Shown here one piece after another: positions 12,231-26,160 of a stretch of 64,000 nucleotides of DNA. A program made the position numbers and the translations under genes. This stretch comes from Camelus ferus (taxonomy: Eukaryota): assembly GCF_009834535.1 (NCBI RefSeq), contig NC_045696.1, positions 105,588,001 to 105,652,000 on the forward strand, given 5' to 3'. A model generated the notes under the pieces. That model saw nothing but the letters and a program-made list of their open reading frames with translations, was not told where the DNA came from and searched no databases. The stretch's first letter is position 1, and the number at the start of each line of letters is the position of its first letter.

Positions 12231-15200
12231 GTTTATCTGCAGGTATCAGTTCTCTGTGATTCAGGTGATGTTTCGAAAATTGTTAGATTTATTGCAGTAG
12301 CATCCTACTCATGAGCCAGTGGAGCTTATAGGAATTGGGGTTTTTTCTCTCCTGATGGCAATAATCTAAAATATTAGTTTATACTATTGACACAACCCTA
12401 TGCACATTTGATGCCTTCCTCCTTTCTAATACGGTAAGATGACCCTGAATCATCTGGTGCATTTCCTGCCCCAGACCTGAAATCAGTCATCACTCCAAGA
12501 GGACACAGTTCCTCTTCAGGAGAGATTTTTTAGGAGAGTCGTACACCTATGCCCTTCATTTAGCCATGGGGCGCTCCAGGACATTGGTTGCACAGCACAC
12601 TATTGCAATGGAAATGGCATTGCCCCCAGGAAAACTGTTAAAATTAGGGTGAGTTCATGAGCTAGAACCAGGAACTAAAAAAATCCATGACTAGTAGTGA
12701 GTTGGAAAAAGCAGGGCAGAACAACCATAGGCACGTAGAGTAGTGGAAACAACACTCTACCTGTGGAGCCTCAAACTCAGTTACCCACCAACACGTGGAT
12801 AGAGCCACTGAGAAGAGGGTGGGGTGGACAGCAGTAGTGTAAAAAGGGGGATTATCTATAATGTGGGGCCTCTAGGGTGGGAGAAGAAACTTGAGAGAGG
12901 GACATTTAGGACAAATTACAGGAAAATCAGCTTCCCAAACAAACAGGAGGGGTTTTTTGGGGGGGAGGGGTTGGTTTTTGTTTTTCATTTTTATTTTTTC
13001 TCCTTTTAAACATGGTTTTATGTGACAGGTCAAGACTATGGGTTATAGACCAAGATTCCAAAGAAATGAAATTTCAGTGACCTCTTGAGACTTTTCAGAA
13101 TGAAGGTCAAACCTAGAATCCCATTTGTGCTTATCATCTCTATCACCCATTATTAAAACAAACCCACAATCTGCTTTTTTCTCTTCTTTCTGCCCCAGAG
13201 AGATTGCTATCACTGCACTTTCTATTCCCTCCCTCCTCATAGCATTATGACTTTGAGGTCCAGAAAGGAGGTGATTTACTCCCCTCAACACCCTAGAAAA
13301 TTTCAGCAAGCTCTCCGATTGGAGCCAGTCTCAGAGAACAAAGGCCCATCATGTATTCTAGTGGCTTCTCCTACACCATGCAATAATCAATTCCCATAAA
13401 CAGGATGAGTAATAGCCCCAAAGAGTGATCATGTAAACATGTGGGGAGAAAAATAAAGCAAAAACACACCTAGGGGCAGAAATCAACTTTATAAATTTTG
13501 ACCTTTTATTTTCTAAATGCCTAGTGAAATGCCTTTAAGATATATGGATTTAATGAACAGTTATTGATAAGAATTGAGTTGAAATACTGTAGGGTGACTG
13601 CATTAAGAATTTTTTTCAATAATCTATTCCTCTATGTGTAGTAGGTAAATGGGAAGGGAGAGCTGAACTATAAGATCATGTAATTATATGATCTTTTGTG
13701 ATACCCACAATTAAATTCACATAATTAAATCCTTTCAAACTGTAGCTGAGTGTCAATTTACTCCATGTTTTTGCATATTTGAAACAAGTTATATAAAAAG
13801 ATTTATAAAATTGTGTACCTTTTTCTATGGCTGAGTTTTCAAAATTATTTCACATAAAAATTACATCCAGTGATGTCAACAAACTGGAGTTTTGATGTGA
13901 AGCAGGCCTAAAACATTCCATCCTCTCCATTCCCCATAGAATTCTGAGTTTCTTGTTGGTAAATTGGGGATTATGTGCCAGGCAGGAATTCACGAGGATT
14001 TGGGGAGATGACTGGCATCTCAAGTTTGGCATACGCCAAGTAGCCATCAAATCTGCTCTTGCCACACTCTTTTCATCTTAGTTGATGACCTCTCCATTCT
14101 TTCACTTGCTCAGACCCAAAACCTTAGAATCATTAAGTCCCATAGGCTCTGTCTTCTAAATATATCTGGACGCTGATCACTTTTCTACCAACTGCATCAC
14201 CACCACACTGGCCCAAGCCACAAGTCTCCTTCCCCTGAATCACTGCAGTTGCCCCCAGTGGGTCTCCCTCCTTCTACCCTTGACCCCTATAGTGTGAGTG
14301 CTCACAGCAACACATAAATCCCATCAAATCACTCCTCCCTGCCCAAACCCCCTCCAACGTTTCAGTGTCTCCATATCGGAGTAAAGCCTTATCCTTGAGC
14401 TAAAAGGCCTTATTGTGTCTGGCCCCATCAGCCCACTGACATTGGAAGAGTCAAGGGATATGGATGTGACAAACCATGTCTGCCACCCCCAGGAACAGAG
14501 GAAAGAGACTACAGGTGGTTGGCCCAGCCAGAGCCAGAAGGGCTCTGAGCATCCTCTCTGCCTCTCCTCATCCCACCCAAGATCAGAGCTCGCCCAAGGA
14601 CCCTCCCCAGGAAGCCCACCCTGAGCTCTTTAGTCCTCCTAGAGCCACGGTCCTGTCTTGTGTCCAGGGAAACCTTTGCTTCTCTGTTATCTGGTGTCCA
14701 AATAAACTGGCAATTCCTAGCCCCTGTGCAGTAGGCACCATCCATTCCACCCTCCAGATCTCTGCCCACTGAGCTTTCCAATATTAAAATTATCTTCCCA
14801 AAGAGAATAGATTCATTTACTCTCTCAAATTCAATTTTTCTGAGTACCTACCATATGTCAGATAACTGCTGGCCACCTCGGAGCAAGAGATGCTTCAAAA
14901 GTAAAGAGGACGAGCTATGTGAACATGAGAAAGTTACTTAAGGTTTCTGAGCCTTAGCTGTCTTATCTGTAAAATGGGCAAACTTCCCCCAAAGAGATCA
15001 TAAGGTACCATAGCCTTCACTGGAACAAGTTGCCAGAATTAATCAGTTATTTAATACACATGCAAGTCCATGAGGATCAGCTGGTTATTCCTTCTGAGCA
15101 CACAGTATTCAAGAAAAACGTATCGGTTATTTCATTTAATTTTGTGATTATTCACTATTCAGTATTATGTGCTGCCTGAAACCCATGGAGGGTTCAGAGG

Positions 15201-15624
15201 TGAGTTTTAGACTCTGTTTTACCTTCAGGATGCTGACAGTTTGGTCGGGAAGATCAAGGCACCTCAGGTCTATGTAATGTCTGTAAGAATGGATAAGCCA
15301 ACCTCGCTGGTACTCAGAGAAGGGATCACATAACTGTCTGGAGTGGGGACAGGACACTTGAGTCTGCAAAGATGAACCCACTTGCCTCTCACTCCCTCCT
15401 GAGAGAAGAGCATGGAGGAAGGCAGGGCAGTATGGAGCAGTGAGGCAGAAGGCTAAGAGTGTGGAGGAGCAGAGGGGGGCCAAAATCCTAGACACAGTTG
15501 GATCATGGAGGGCCCTGGAGTGGAGTTAGGCTAAAGAATTTGTGCATCAGTCTGAAGCTGCTGGGAAAATCTGGGGAGGTTTAAGCAGGAGTGGTTCCCA
15601 AGGAAATGGCAGTATTACACATCA

Positions 15625-15860
15625 GTTAAGACCATAGACGCTGGTAGGACAGATTTGGGTTTAGATCTTAGCTCTTGCCACCTACAAGCTGTGTGAACAT
15701 GGAAAAGTTATTTGGTGCCTTACTTATCTCATCTGTAAAATGGGGATAAAAATAGTATTTACCTCGAAGGTCTTATTATCAGGATTAAACTAATTGATTT
15801 TATAAAGTGTTTTGAACTGTCTGGCCGGTAGAAAGCATTTGATAAATTTTACTATTAGCA
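15625..15860 (+). repeat. MIR SINE
   Basis: Core GCTGTGTGAACATGGAAAAGTTA...CTCATCTGTAAAATGGGGATAAAAATAGTA. Similar MIR fragments at ~2540, 5900, 14910, 18160, 28230, 30790, 35110, 35930, 38880, 39500, 42660, 54480 and 55690. Confidence 0.75.
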
Positions 15861-16299
15861 TTATCATTTATTTAGTTATATATATCTCCTACTAGACTGC
15901 CAGCTAGTCCATCAGGGCAGGAAACTGTTCATCTTGTTTATCTCATGGCTCCAGTGTCTAGTAGAGGGCCTGGCACATAGTAGGTGTTCAATGAATGTCC
16001 ATTGTGTGAAACACTGGTGCCCCTGTGCCGTGGGGCTTCTCAAGGCCCTGGAGGCCTCAAAGGCAGGCAGTAAGGTGAGTCTATCTCAAGGATCCAAGGT
16101 CGCCCACTCATCTCTACAGTTTCTCAGCTGCAGACAACCCCCACCAGGGCCTGCCTACCCCAGGACACAGCCTTCATCTGGGCCTCGGAAGTCTGCCCCT
16201 CCGAGCCTTCACAACCATCCTGTTGCCATCCCACCTCCTCACCCAAGGGTCTACAAACATGTCATTGCCAGGGAACTTCTGCTTTCCAACAATTCTTTA

Positions 16300-16890
16300 T
16301 CCCTTTGCATCAGGTCCCCTCCCCACCTCTGCCCAAGTGAGCCTTCCACACTCAAATCCAGACAGGTCATGTCTACACTTATAAATCCAGTCCTGCCTTC
16401 ACTCGTCCTGAAGATAAAGTTCCACCTCTTAAGTACAGCTGCTCAGCAGATCCTATAAGGTCAGCCCTAGACCCACGTTCCCAGCCTCCTTCCAACCACG
16501 TCTTCTCCCCCATCCCCTCCCACCATAACCGGAGCCCATAGCGCCCCCAGATGCTCCAGTCTGTGCACCTCTGCCTCCAGCCCCCTGCTCCCCTGTGCCC
16601 CCAGGAGGCTCTTCATCCTGTACGACCTGCTTCAGTGATGGTCTGCTCTCTGGCACACCTCCCCTGACACCCTGCTAGCACTTGGGAAATCTGTTTGATA
16701 GCTCTTACAATTTTCTGTTTATATTTCTGTCTCTGCCACAGGACTGAGCGGCTTGAGGGCTGGAACCGTCTCTTTCTTTTTGTATCCCCAGTGCCCAGCC
16801 CAGAATCTGAGACATGATACAATAGTCACTCAGGAAATGCTGGTTGCTTGGTTGGTCCATTGGCAAAACAAATGAATGAATGAATGACAG
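16300..16890 (+). repeat. L2 LINE 3' fragment
   Basis: TTTGTATCCCCAGTGCCCAGCCCAGAATCTG... followed by the (AATG)n tail typical of L2. Other L2-like pieces at ~14060, 15890, 36450, 44580 and 63640. Confidence 0.6.
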
Positions 16891-17014
16891 GATCTCTGTA
16901 CCCCAGTGATCCTGGTTTATAGTCAGAGCACAATGAATGATTCTTGTGTGAACTCCTGAATAAGATACTTCACTGGCCTTCTATGTTTGATTTTTTTCAG
17001 CTGTAGTCCGTCTC

Positions 17015-17015
<1 letters not shown>

Positions 17016-17048
<33 letters not shown>
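17016..17048. repeat. (CA)n microsatellite
   Basis: About 16 perfect CA units. Confidence 0.95.
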
Positions 17049-17049
<1 letters not shown>

Positions 17050-18384
17050 CCTCTTCCATCCCTTTCCTCCTACTTTTTCTAATGAAACCCTTTGTAAGTA
17101 TTGACTCATTAGACCGAAAAGAGTATATTCAAATTTATAAAGTTTCCAGAGGTTCTTCTCAAAAACACTGACCAAGACTTGCCAAGTGGTCCCATGAAAC
17201 GCCATGCAGGGACAGCCTGTGAGCAGATGCTCTCTCTGGGGAGACCCAGGTGTCCCGCCTTATCCCCTAGCCTGCTTTATGCATGTGAAGCCCCTGCCCA
17301 GCCTTCCTTCCTCGACATTGAGTGGACACCTGTGACTGGGCTGTAATCCCAGGTAAGCCGCCCACACACAGCCCAGCCCCACCCCCCATCCTGGTCACAA
17401 GGACTTGAATAGCCAGGCACACCTGTGGGCCAGCCGGCCACTGATCCATGGGCGGAGCCCAGCAGGGCAGAGGCCTCAGCTTTTGAAGCACTGACAGGGC
17501 TGCCCTGCTGAGCCTGACCCCTGACCTACAGGTGGGCACAGCCATTGTCCCCACAGGTCCCAACTGCTGTCTGTCCTGCTGCGGGGACCCATGAAGGTAT
17601 CCATTTCAGGTCAGCGCAAAGCAAAACAAACAGAGGGGCCAAGGGGCAGGGGTTTGTGCGGAGGGCTTTGCTGGATGGGAAGCCATTGTTGCAAGTCCAG
17701 GGTATAATCAGAACCCAACAGGCCCCACCAGCCAGCAGGGCTCCACCTGCCACAGGGTTGTTTATAAACACATGGCCAGGTTGGATCCAAAAAAAGAAGC
17801 TCTGGAAATTAGGGCTTGGGATTTGGAAGACACCTCAATACCAGAAACCAGCACCTTCCTCTCACTGAGCCTGTGGACCAGGATGAGGTGAGAGGCACCT
17901 CCCTCCCTGCCTCAGACCAGAAGCTGAGTCCAGGCCCAGGCTGGGCAGGAGAGAGCCGGCAGAGCCTCCACAGAGCCCAGAAGCTCAGGCAACAACAGCA
18001 CTATCAGACCACCTGCCATTGGCAGAAGCTGAGTCAACTACAGTCATAACATTTCTGGCAACTGTTGATGTGCTACTGACAATTAGGGGAGTGTTTGTGA
18101 ACGGAGGCTTCAGGGGAGTTTGTGTTACTGTTTTATTATGAATAGGCACAGACTTCAGTCTAGATTCTAATTCTGATTCAGCTGCAGACTCACTGTGTGA
18201 ACTCAAACAAATGCCTTAACCTCTCTCAGTCTCAGTTAGTTCACCTATAAAACAGGCAGGCCAGTGCCCAGCTTGTGGGGATGTCGTGAGGATCAATTTT
18301 TTGCAAAATACCCTGATCCCTCCTCTAGCCTCTCACCTGGCTCAGCAACCAAATTAGTGTTTCTAAAATGCTGAGACTTTTAAA

Positions 18385-21300
18385 ACGTTTTTATTGTTAA
18401 ATATAATTCACATTCAGAAAATGCTTTAAGTATCAATGTATGACTTAACAAATTACTATAAAACGAATATCCACGTGCTCCTCACCCAAGTAAAAAAAAC
18501 ACTGCCTGGTCTCCAGAAGCCACCATAAATCATATTCCAAGCATAGCCCTCCCTTTCACCCTAACGGTACAAATGTATGGAATCAGTTTGTATGGCCTCT
18601 AAAGATCACCTTATATGTTTTAAATTGATTGTTACATGTAACTTAATTCCTTTTCATTGTTGTATAACATTCCAGTATATGAATATACCATAATTTTTGT
18701 ATACAGCTGTTGATTAATATTCGTAAATCTATTCTAGAGCACATTGAAAGGAAAAACTCTTTTTCCTCTACACACTCACAGAACATTCAGGACACCCAAT
18801 GTACACATGTTTTCCCCACACCAACCAATTCTCCAACACCAGCTGGGTGTCCTACTATTCAATTCAGTTCTGACACTACCTCTAGTTAACATCAGATTCC
18901 ATGGGTTAAGGGCTCATTCCCACAAGACTGCCCCCATTTCAGACACCAATTGCAAATAGTGAGTCTCCAGGTTACCCCCACTTACACCCAACTTGGATAC
19001 AAACTGAAGGTTCCCAAGAACTCCTCAGGTTCTGTAATTTGCTATAATGGCTCACAGAACTCAGGGAAATATTTATGTTTAGCAGTTTGATATATAATAA
19101 ACGATACGATAACGGATACAGATGAACAGCCAGATGAAGAGGTATATAGGGGCAAGGTCCAGAAGGGACCCACACAGGAGCTTCTGTCTCCATGGTGTTG
19201 GAGTGTTCCACCCTCCTGGCATATGGATATGTTCATCAACCCAGAAGCTCTCCAAAACTATCCAGAGATTTGTTCAGGGATTTTTATAAAAGCGTCATCA
19301 TGTACATATGATTAATTATTAACTTAACCTCCAGCCCCTCTCCCCTCCCCAGAGGACGTGCAGGTGGAGCTGAAAGTTCCAAGCTTCTAATCATGGCTTA
19401 GTCTCTTTGGTGACAAGCCCCCATCCAGGAGCCCAACAAGAGTCACCTCAGTAGAACCAAAGATGCTGCTATCACCCAGGAAATTCCAAGGATTCAGGAG
19501 CTCTGTATCAGGAACTGGTGTCAAAAACCAAATATTAGAACAAAAGATGCCCCTAACACCTTTATTGCTTAGGAAATTACCAAGGTTTTAGGAGCTCTGG
19601 CCAGGAGCTGAGGATGAAGACCAAACTATATATTTATTACATCACACATGGGCATAACTTTATTTGGGGTATATCTGTGGGAAAGGAATTGCTGGGTCAT
19701 AGGCTGAGTATCTTGAATTCTGCTGGATAATTCCTCACTCTTTTCCACAATGGTTGTATCAATACAGCACTCCCTCAAGCAATGTAGAACAGTTCCCATC
19801 GTCCCACATCCTCACCAAGACTGAAGTTGCCAGATGCTTTAACTTTAGCCATTCTGATGAGTCTCTTACTGTGGCTTAAATTTCCATTTTCCTTCTTACT
19901 AATGAGATTGACCAGCTTTTAATACATGTATTAAACATTTGGATGTCATCATTTGTGAGGCGCCTGTTTAAGTCTTTTGCTCAGTTTTCTATTGAGTTGC
20001 TTGTCTTTTTCTTATTGATTTGTAGGGAAGTCCTTTATCAATTTTGGAGATGGACTCTGTCTACTATACATACGTGTGTCAAGTATCTTCTATTCTGTCA
20101 CTTGGCTTTTCTCTTTTTACAGTATCTTTTGATGAACTGGAGTCCTTGATTTTAATGTAGTCTGTTCCTTTCATGGTTAGTGATTTTTGTGGGCCATAGA
20201 GAAAATGCCTCCTATCCCCAAAGTCAGGAAGCTATTGTCCCATCTTATCTTCCCAAAGCTTCTTTGTTTTACATTTATCATTTATATACACAGCATATCT
20301 GGATTTGATTTTTGTGTGTCATAAGAGGTAAAGATCAAGTTTCTTTTTCTTCTCATATAAATACCCAATTTTTCCAGTATCATTCTTTCTCCACTCTGCA
20401 GTACCATATTTGTCATAAGTCAATGTCTACATGTGCATGATCTGTTTCTGGATTCTCAAAATCTCTTGCATCGCCAAATCTGTTTATCCTTGTGCAGTAC
20501 CACACTGTCTTAATATGTGTAGCTCTATAATAAGTTTCAAGGAAGCATTACATATTTGTTTCTTTCATAAGATTGTCTTCGCTGCTCTTGTCCCTTTGCA
20601 TTTCCATATAAATTTTAGAATTTACCTTGTAAATTCTAGAATCACCTTGTAAATTTCCACAAAAACAAAACATTTGAGATCTTTCACTGGGATTGCATTG
20701 AATTCATAGATCACTTTGAGAATTGATATCATTACGATAGTGTGTCTTCCAGCCCATGAACATTGTATGTCTGTATTCTTTACTTCTTTATTTTCTTTCA
20801 ATAATATTTTTATAATTTTCTCCATACAGGTTTTGCACATGTTTTGTTAGGTTTACTTTTATGTATTTGATATTTGTTGATATATTTAAAGTGGTATCTT
20901 TCAACTTTTTATATTTTCTGTTTGTTGCTGGTATATAGAAACAGAATTGATTTTTGCACATTGTCTTTATGGCCAGCTAAACTCTTTTATTAGGCCTAAT
21001 AATTATCTGTAGATTCTTTTGGATATTCTACATAGACAATCCTATCCTCTTTAAATACTGAGAGTTTTGTTTACTCCTTTCATGCATTCTATTTCATTTC
21101 CTACCTTACTGTTCTGGCTAGGGCTTCCAGGACAATGTTGAATAGAAGTGAGAACAGGGGACATCCTTGTCTCATTCCTGATCTTTGGGGAAAATGTGTG
21201 AAAGGCTTCACTATTTCACCATTAAGTATGGTGTTGATTGTAGAGTTTGTGTAGCTACCTCTTATCAGATTGAGTTCTCTTCTGTTTCTAGTTTTCTGAT

Positions 21301-22490
21301 TGTTTTTTAATCATAAAAGGAATTTTTATCAAATGCTTTTTCTGTACCTATTGAGATGACGATATGGTTTTTCTCCTTTCTGTTAATTTGGTGAATTACA
21401 TTGACTGGTTTTCATGTTTTAAACCAAACTTGTATTTTTGAAATAAACCCAATTCCATCAAGATGTTTTATGCTTGCTATACATTACTGGATTCAGTTTG
21501 CTAATAGTATGTTTCATAGTTTTAAATTTATGTTTAATAGTGCAATTGGCCCCTTATTTTAATTTTCAAGCTGCCCATGTCAGGTTTCATTATCAAGGTT
21601 ATGGTAGCCTCATTAAAACAGATTGGAGAACCCTCTCTTCTATTTTCTGCAAGAGCTTGTGTAAGGTTAATGTCATTTCTTAAATATTTGGTAGAAGTTG
21701 CCTGTGATGTTTTCCTCATGGAAATTTTTTTTTTAATTTTTTGATTCACTTTTAAAAATAATTATAGAACTATTAGAATCTCTATTTATCGTATTCATTT
21801 TGGAAAGTTACGTTTTTATAAGAATTTATCCAGTCTAGTAAAACTTCCAAATATTTTATCATAAAGTTGTTCATGTTATCTTCTTTTCTCACCCCAGTAT
21901 CTGTGGCTCTGAAGTTGTTGTCCTCTTTTTCATTCCTAACATTGCTATTTACATCTCCTTAAAAACCAGGACATTTTCAATGTTATTAGTCTTTTCAATA
22001 AACCAAATTTGGCTTTGCTGATCCTTTCTATTTTATGTGTGGTTTCTCTTTCATTTATTTCTGCTCTTATCTTTACACGTTTTTTGGTCAGCATCCCTGC
22101 ATTTATTTTGTTGTTGCTACTGATAATGTTTTCCTAATTTCTTGAGATAGATGATAAGTGCATTAATTTCAGTCTTTATATGCTTCTAAGGATATATGTT
22201 TCTCTATAATTATGTTTAACTGCCTTCCACAAGTTTTGAATGAAATATTTTTATCATTATGTTCAAAATATTTTGTTTAATTTCCATTGTGGATTTTACT
22301 TTGTTTAGAATAATATTGCTTAATTTCCACATATGTTATCCTTTTTTTTATTGATTCTAGCCTAATCGTATTGAGGTTAAAAAATTTCAATTCATTAAAA
22401 ATTTTCAGACTTGCTTTAAGCCTCAGTGTACGAAATTTTTAATTATGTCTTAGGTATATTTAAAAATAATATGTGTTCTGCAAATTTGAG
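18385..22490 (-). mobile_element. Ancient LINE-1 (L1M-type) ORF2/3' region, interrupted by an LTR at 18745-19646
   Basis: T-rich antisense L1 sequence. Minus-strand remnant ..DIQCSWAGRHTIVMISILKVIYEFNAIPVK.. resembles ORF2 [25 protein letters not shown]. Confidence 0.85.
18745..19646 (-). mobile_element. Solo LTR, MER21-like
   Basis: Reverse complement begins TGTGATGTAATAAATATATAGTTTGGTCTTC and contains GAGCTCCTAAAACCTTGG and ATGATTAGAAGCTTGGAACTTTCAGC, as recalled for MER21. Short CACAT repeat at the edges. Confidence 0.8.
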
Positions 22491-22730
22491 GCCCAATAGT
22501 TCACAAAAATGCTGATTTCATAACTTAATTTTACTTCTGAGAAACCTCCAGGAGTTGCCATCACCTCTTGCTTACACCCATGTTCAAAGGTTACTCTGAT
22601 ATGTCCTGAAGTAACTTGCCTGGGTCACATAGCTACTAAATGTGAGTTAGATCCAGGTCTTTACTTCTAAATCATGTCTCTGTTCTTTTCCTCTTATTTT
22701 ACCCTTACCAACACTTTGTTTGGTGGGAAG

Positions 22731-25700
22731 CTTTTTTTTTGGCTTTTTTAATTGTTTGTTTTTTATGGAATGAAAAATTCCTTAAATTATAGAGGGCTTT
22801 ACAATTTTCAAAAGTCTCATGCACATGATTTTTTTAAAGGCTATACTCCATTTATAGATATTATAAAATATTGGCCATGTTCCCCATGTTGTACAATACA
22901 TAGTTGTAGCTTATTTTATACCTGATAGTTTGTACTTCTTAATCCTCCACCTCCATCTTGCCCCTCCCCCTCCCCTCTCCCCTCTAGTAACCACTAGTTC
23001 CTTCTCAGCATCTGTGAGTCTGTTTCTTTTCTGTTATATTCACTAGTTTGTTGTATTTTTTAGATTCCACATGTAAGTGATATATTACAGCATTTGTCTT
23101 TCTCTGTCTGACCTATTTCACCAAGCATAATGTCCTCCAAGTCCATTGATGTCATACACCAAAAACTAATACAACATTTTAAATCAACTGTACTTCAATT
23201 AAAAAGCAAACAAACAAACAAACAACCCATTTAAAATATGAGCAGGAGAACTGAACAGACATTTTTCCAAAAGGGATTGCAGATGGCCAACAGAAACATG
23301 AAAAGTTGCTCAACATCACTAATATCAGGGAAATGCAAATCAAAATCACAATGAGATATCATCTCACACCTGTCAGAATGGCCATCATCAAGAAGAACAC
23401 AAATAACAAATGTTGGCAAGGACGTGGAGAAAAGGGAATCCTCATACACTGTTGGTGGGAATGTAAATTGGTGCAGCCACCATGAAAAACAATATGGAGG
23501 TTTCTCAAAAACCTAAAAATAGAACTACCATATGGCCCAGCAATTCCATTCTTGGGCATATATCTGAGAAAAACAGAGGAAAACAAAAACATTAATTCAA
23601 AAAGATATATACACCCCCACTATTAACAGAAACATTATTTATAATTGCCAAAATATGGAAGCATCCTAAGTGCACATAAATAGATGAACGGATAGAGAAG
23701 GTGTAGCATACATGTGCAATGGAATACAACTCACCCATAAAAGAGAATAATATTTTGCCATTTGTGGTCCTTCATTCACCTTTTTTGTTGTTGTTTCACT
23801 TCAAAAACCAGAATTTTATAACTGGCATAAACATTTTCATTGCATCAAAAACAACAAAATACCTGAAAATAAACTTAACCAAGGAGATTATCTATACTCT
23901 GAAAACTGTAGAACACTGATGAAGGAAATTGAAGATGATACAAAGAAATGTAAAGATATCTTGTGCTCTTGGATTGCATGAATCAACATTATCAAAATGG
24001 CCGCACTACCCAAAGCAATCTACAGATCCAATGCAACCCCTGTCAAATACTCACATTTTTCACAGAACTAGAACAAGTAATTCCAAAATCTATACAGTAC
24101 CATAAAAGATCCCGAAGTGCCAAAGCAATCTTTGTAGGTCTTTTTTTTCTCTCTTTGTTCCTTTTGTTCTCCTTTCTTATGATTTGATGACTAGAGAAGG
24201 TCCTTTAACATTTGTTGTAAAGCTGGTTTGGTGGTGCTGAATTCTTTTTAGCTTTTGTTTATCTGTGACTTTTTTTATTTCTCCATCAAATCTGAACAAA
24301 ACCCTTGCTGGATAGAGTATTCTTGGTTTTAAGTTTTTCCCTTTCATCACTTTAAATATATCGTGCCACTCCCTTCTGGCCTGTAGAGTTTCTGCTAAAA
24401 AAAAAAAATCAGCTGATAAACTTATGAGAGTTTCCTTGTATGTTATTTGTTGCTTTTCTCTCGCTAATTTTAATATTTTCTCCTTATCCTTAATTTTTGT
24501 CAATTTGATTACTATGTGCCTTGGTGTGTTCCTTTTTGGGTTGATCCTGTATGGAACTCTCTGTGCTTCCTGGACTTGGGTGACTGTTCCCTTTCCCACA
24601 GTGGGGAATTTTCAGTCATTATCTCTTCAAAAGTTTTCTCAGGTCCATTCTCTCTTTTCTTTCTGGGACCCCTATAATGCGAATATTTGTGCACTTCATG
24701 TTTCCCAGAGTTCTCTTAAACTATCCTCATTTCTTTTCATTCTTTTTTCTTTTTTCTATTCTGCAGTAGTGATTTCCACTAATCTGTCTTCTATAGTTCA
24801 CTAATCTGTTCTTCTGACTCATTTAGTCTATTCTTGGTTCTTTCTAGTGTATTGTTCATTTCAGTGATTTTATTCTTCAACTCTGTTTGGGTATTCTTTT
24901 CCAACTCTTTGCTAAAAACTTCGCTCTGTGCATCTATACTGTGCTTGAGTTCTCTGAACATCTTCACCATCATTACTTTAAACTTTTTCTTAGATAAATT
25001 GCCTACCTCCTCATCACTCATTTCTTCTAGGATTTTATCTTGTGCCTTGACCAGGAAGATATTCCTCTGCTGCCTCATATTGTCTATCTTTCTATTTGTA
25101 TTTTTAAATTGGTTAGTTATGTTTCTCGACTAGGGAGAAGTGGCCCTCTGTGGGAGACGTCCTATGTGTCCCAACAGTACACTCCTCTCTTGTCACCCAA
25201 GGGCCAGGGTCCAGCTGGTCCCAGTGTAGAGTCTGGCCTGTGTTTGTGGATTCCTTCCACAGGCTCTGGGATTGTTGTTTTCTTATTTCTGGTATCTGAC
25301 CCCTCGTGGATGAGTCTGCACTAGAGGCTTATGCAGCTTTCCTGGCAGGAGGAGCCAGTGCCTGCCCACTACTGGGTGAAGCTTGATCCTAGACCTCTGG
25401 TGAGTAGGGCCATGTCTAGAGGCATTTGTGGCTCAAGAAGTCTGTTGTGTTCCCACCCAGTATGTTGTTTGGCCTGAGGCTTCTCAGCCCTTAAGCCTAC
25501 AGGCTGTTGGGCGGGGCTGGGTCTTGGTGCTAATGATCCAATCAAGATGTCAGCCTCTAGGAAAGCTCATGTAGATGAACACTCCTTGAATGTCTGCCAC
25601 CAGCTTTTATGTCCCCTGGGTGAGCCACAATGGTCCCCTACCTCCCCAGGAGATCTTCCAGAACCAATAGGCAGGCCTGGCCCAGGTTCCTATGAAATCA

Positions 25701-26160
25701 CTGCCTCTGCTCTTGGGCCTGGAACAAGCAAGATTCTGTGTGCGCTTCCCAAGAGACTGAAGTTTCTGTTTCCCTCAGTCCTATGGGGCTCCTGGATTTA
25801 AGCCCCGCTGGCATTCTAAACCAGATGTCCTGAGGTCTCCTCCTCCTCCAAATGCTGGAACTTCAGGCTGGGGAGCCTGAGTGGGGCTTAGAATTCTCAC
25901 TCTTCTGGGAGGGCCTCTGCAACTTAATTATTCTTCAGCTTGTGGGTCACCCACACAGGAGGTAAAATGGGGCCCAATGATATCGTAAGCACACCCCTCC
26001 TACCGTCCCACTGTGGTTCCCTCTTTATGTTTCCAGTTGAAGATCTTTTTTGCTAGGTTACAGTCTTTTTTTTTCCCCCAGTGGTTGTTTAGCAATCAGT
26101 TATGATTTTATTGTAGTCACAAGGAGAGGCGAGCTCTTGGTCCTACTGCTCCGCCATCTT
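22731..26160 (-). mobile_element. Older LINE-1 with both ends but internally deleted and rearranged
   Basis: 5' head (CCGCCATCTT on + at 26151-26160), degenerate ORF1 at 24177-25078, opposite-strand ORF2 pieces at 23210-24130, 3'UTR at 22830-23152, T-rich tail. TSD-like GGTGG(G/A)AAGCTTTT at 22722-22735 and 26161-26174. Confidence 0.85.
24177..25078 (-). pseudogene. Degenerate LINE-1 ORF1
   Basis: Frameshifted ORF pieces with QVQEAQRVPYRINPKRNTPRHIVIKL, ISLSADF, TLQARREW and PRILYPAR. Confidence 0.9.

Noticed and set aside
15934..16458. 174-aa ORF
   Set aside because: Starts in an L2 remnant with a non-ATG codon; low-complexity composition and no homology recognised.
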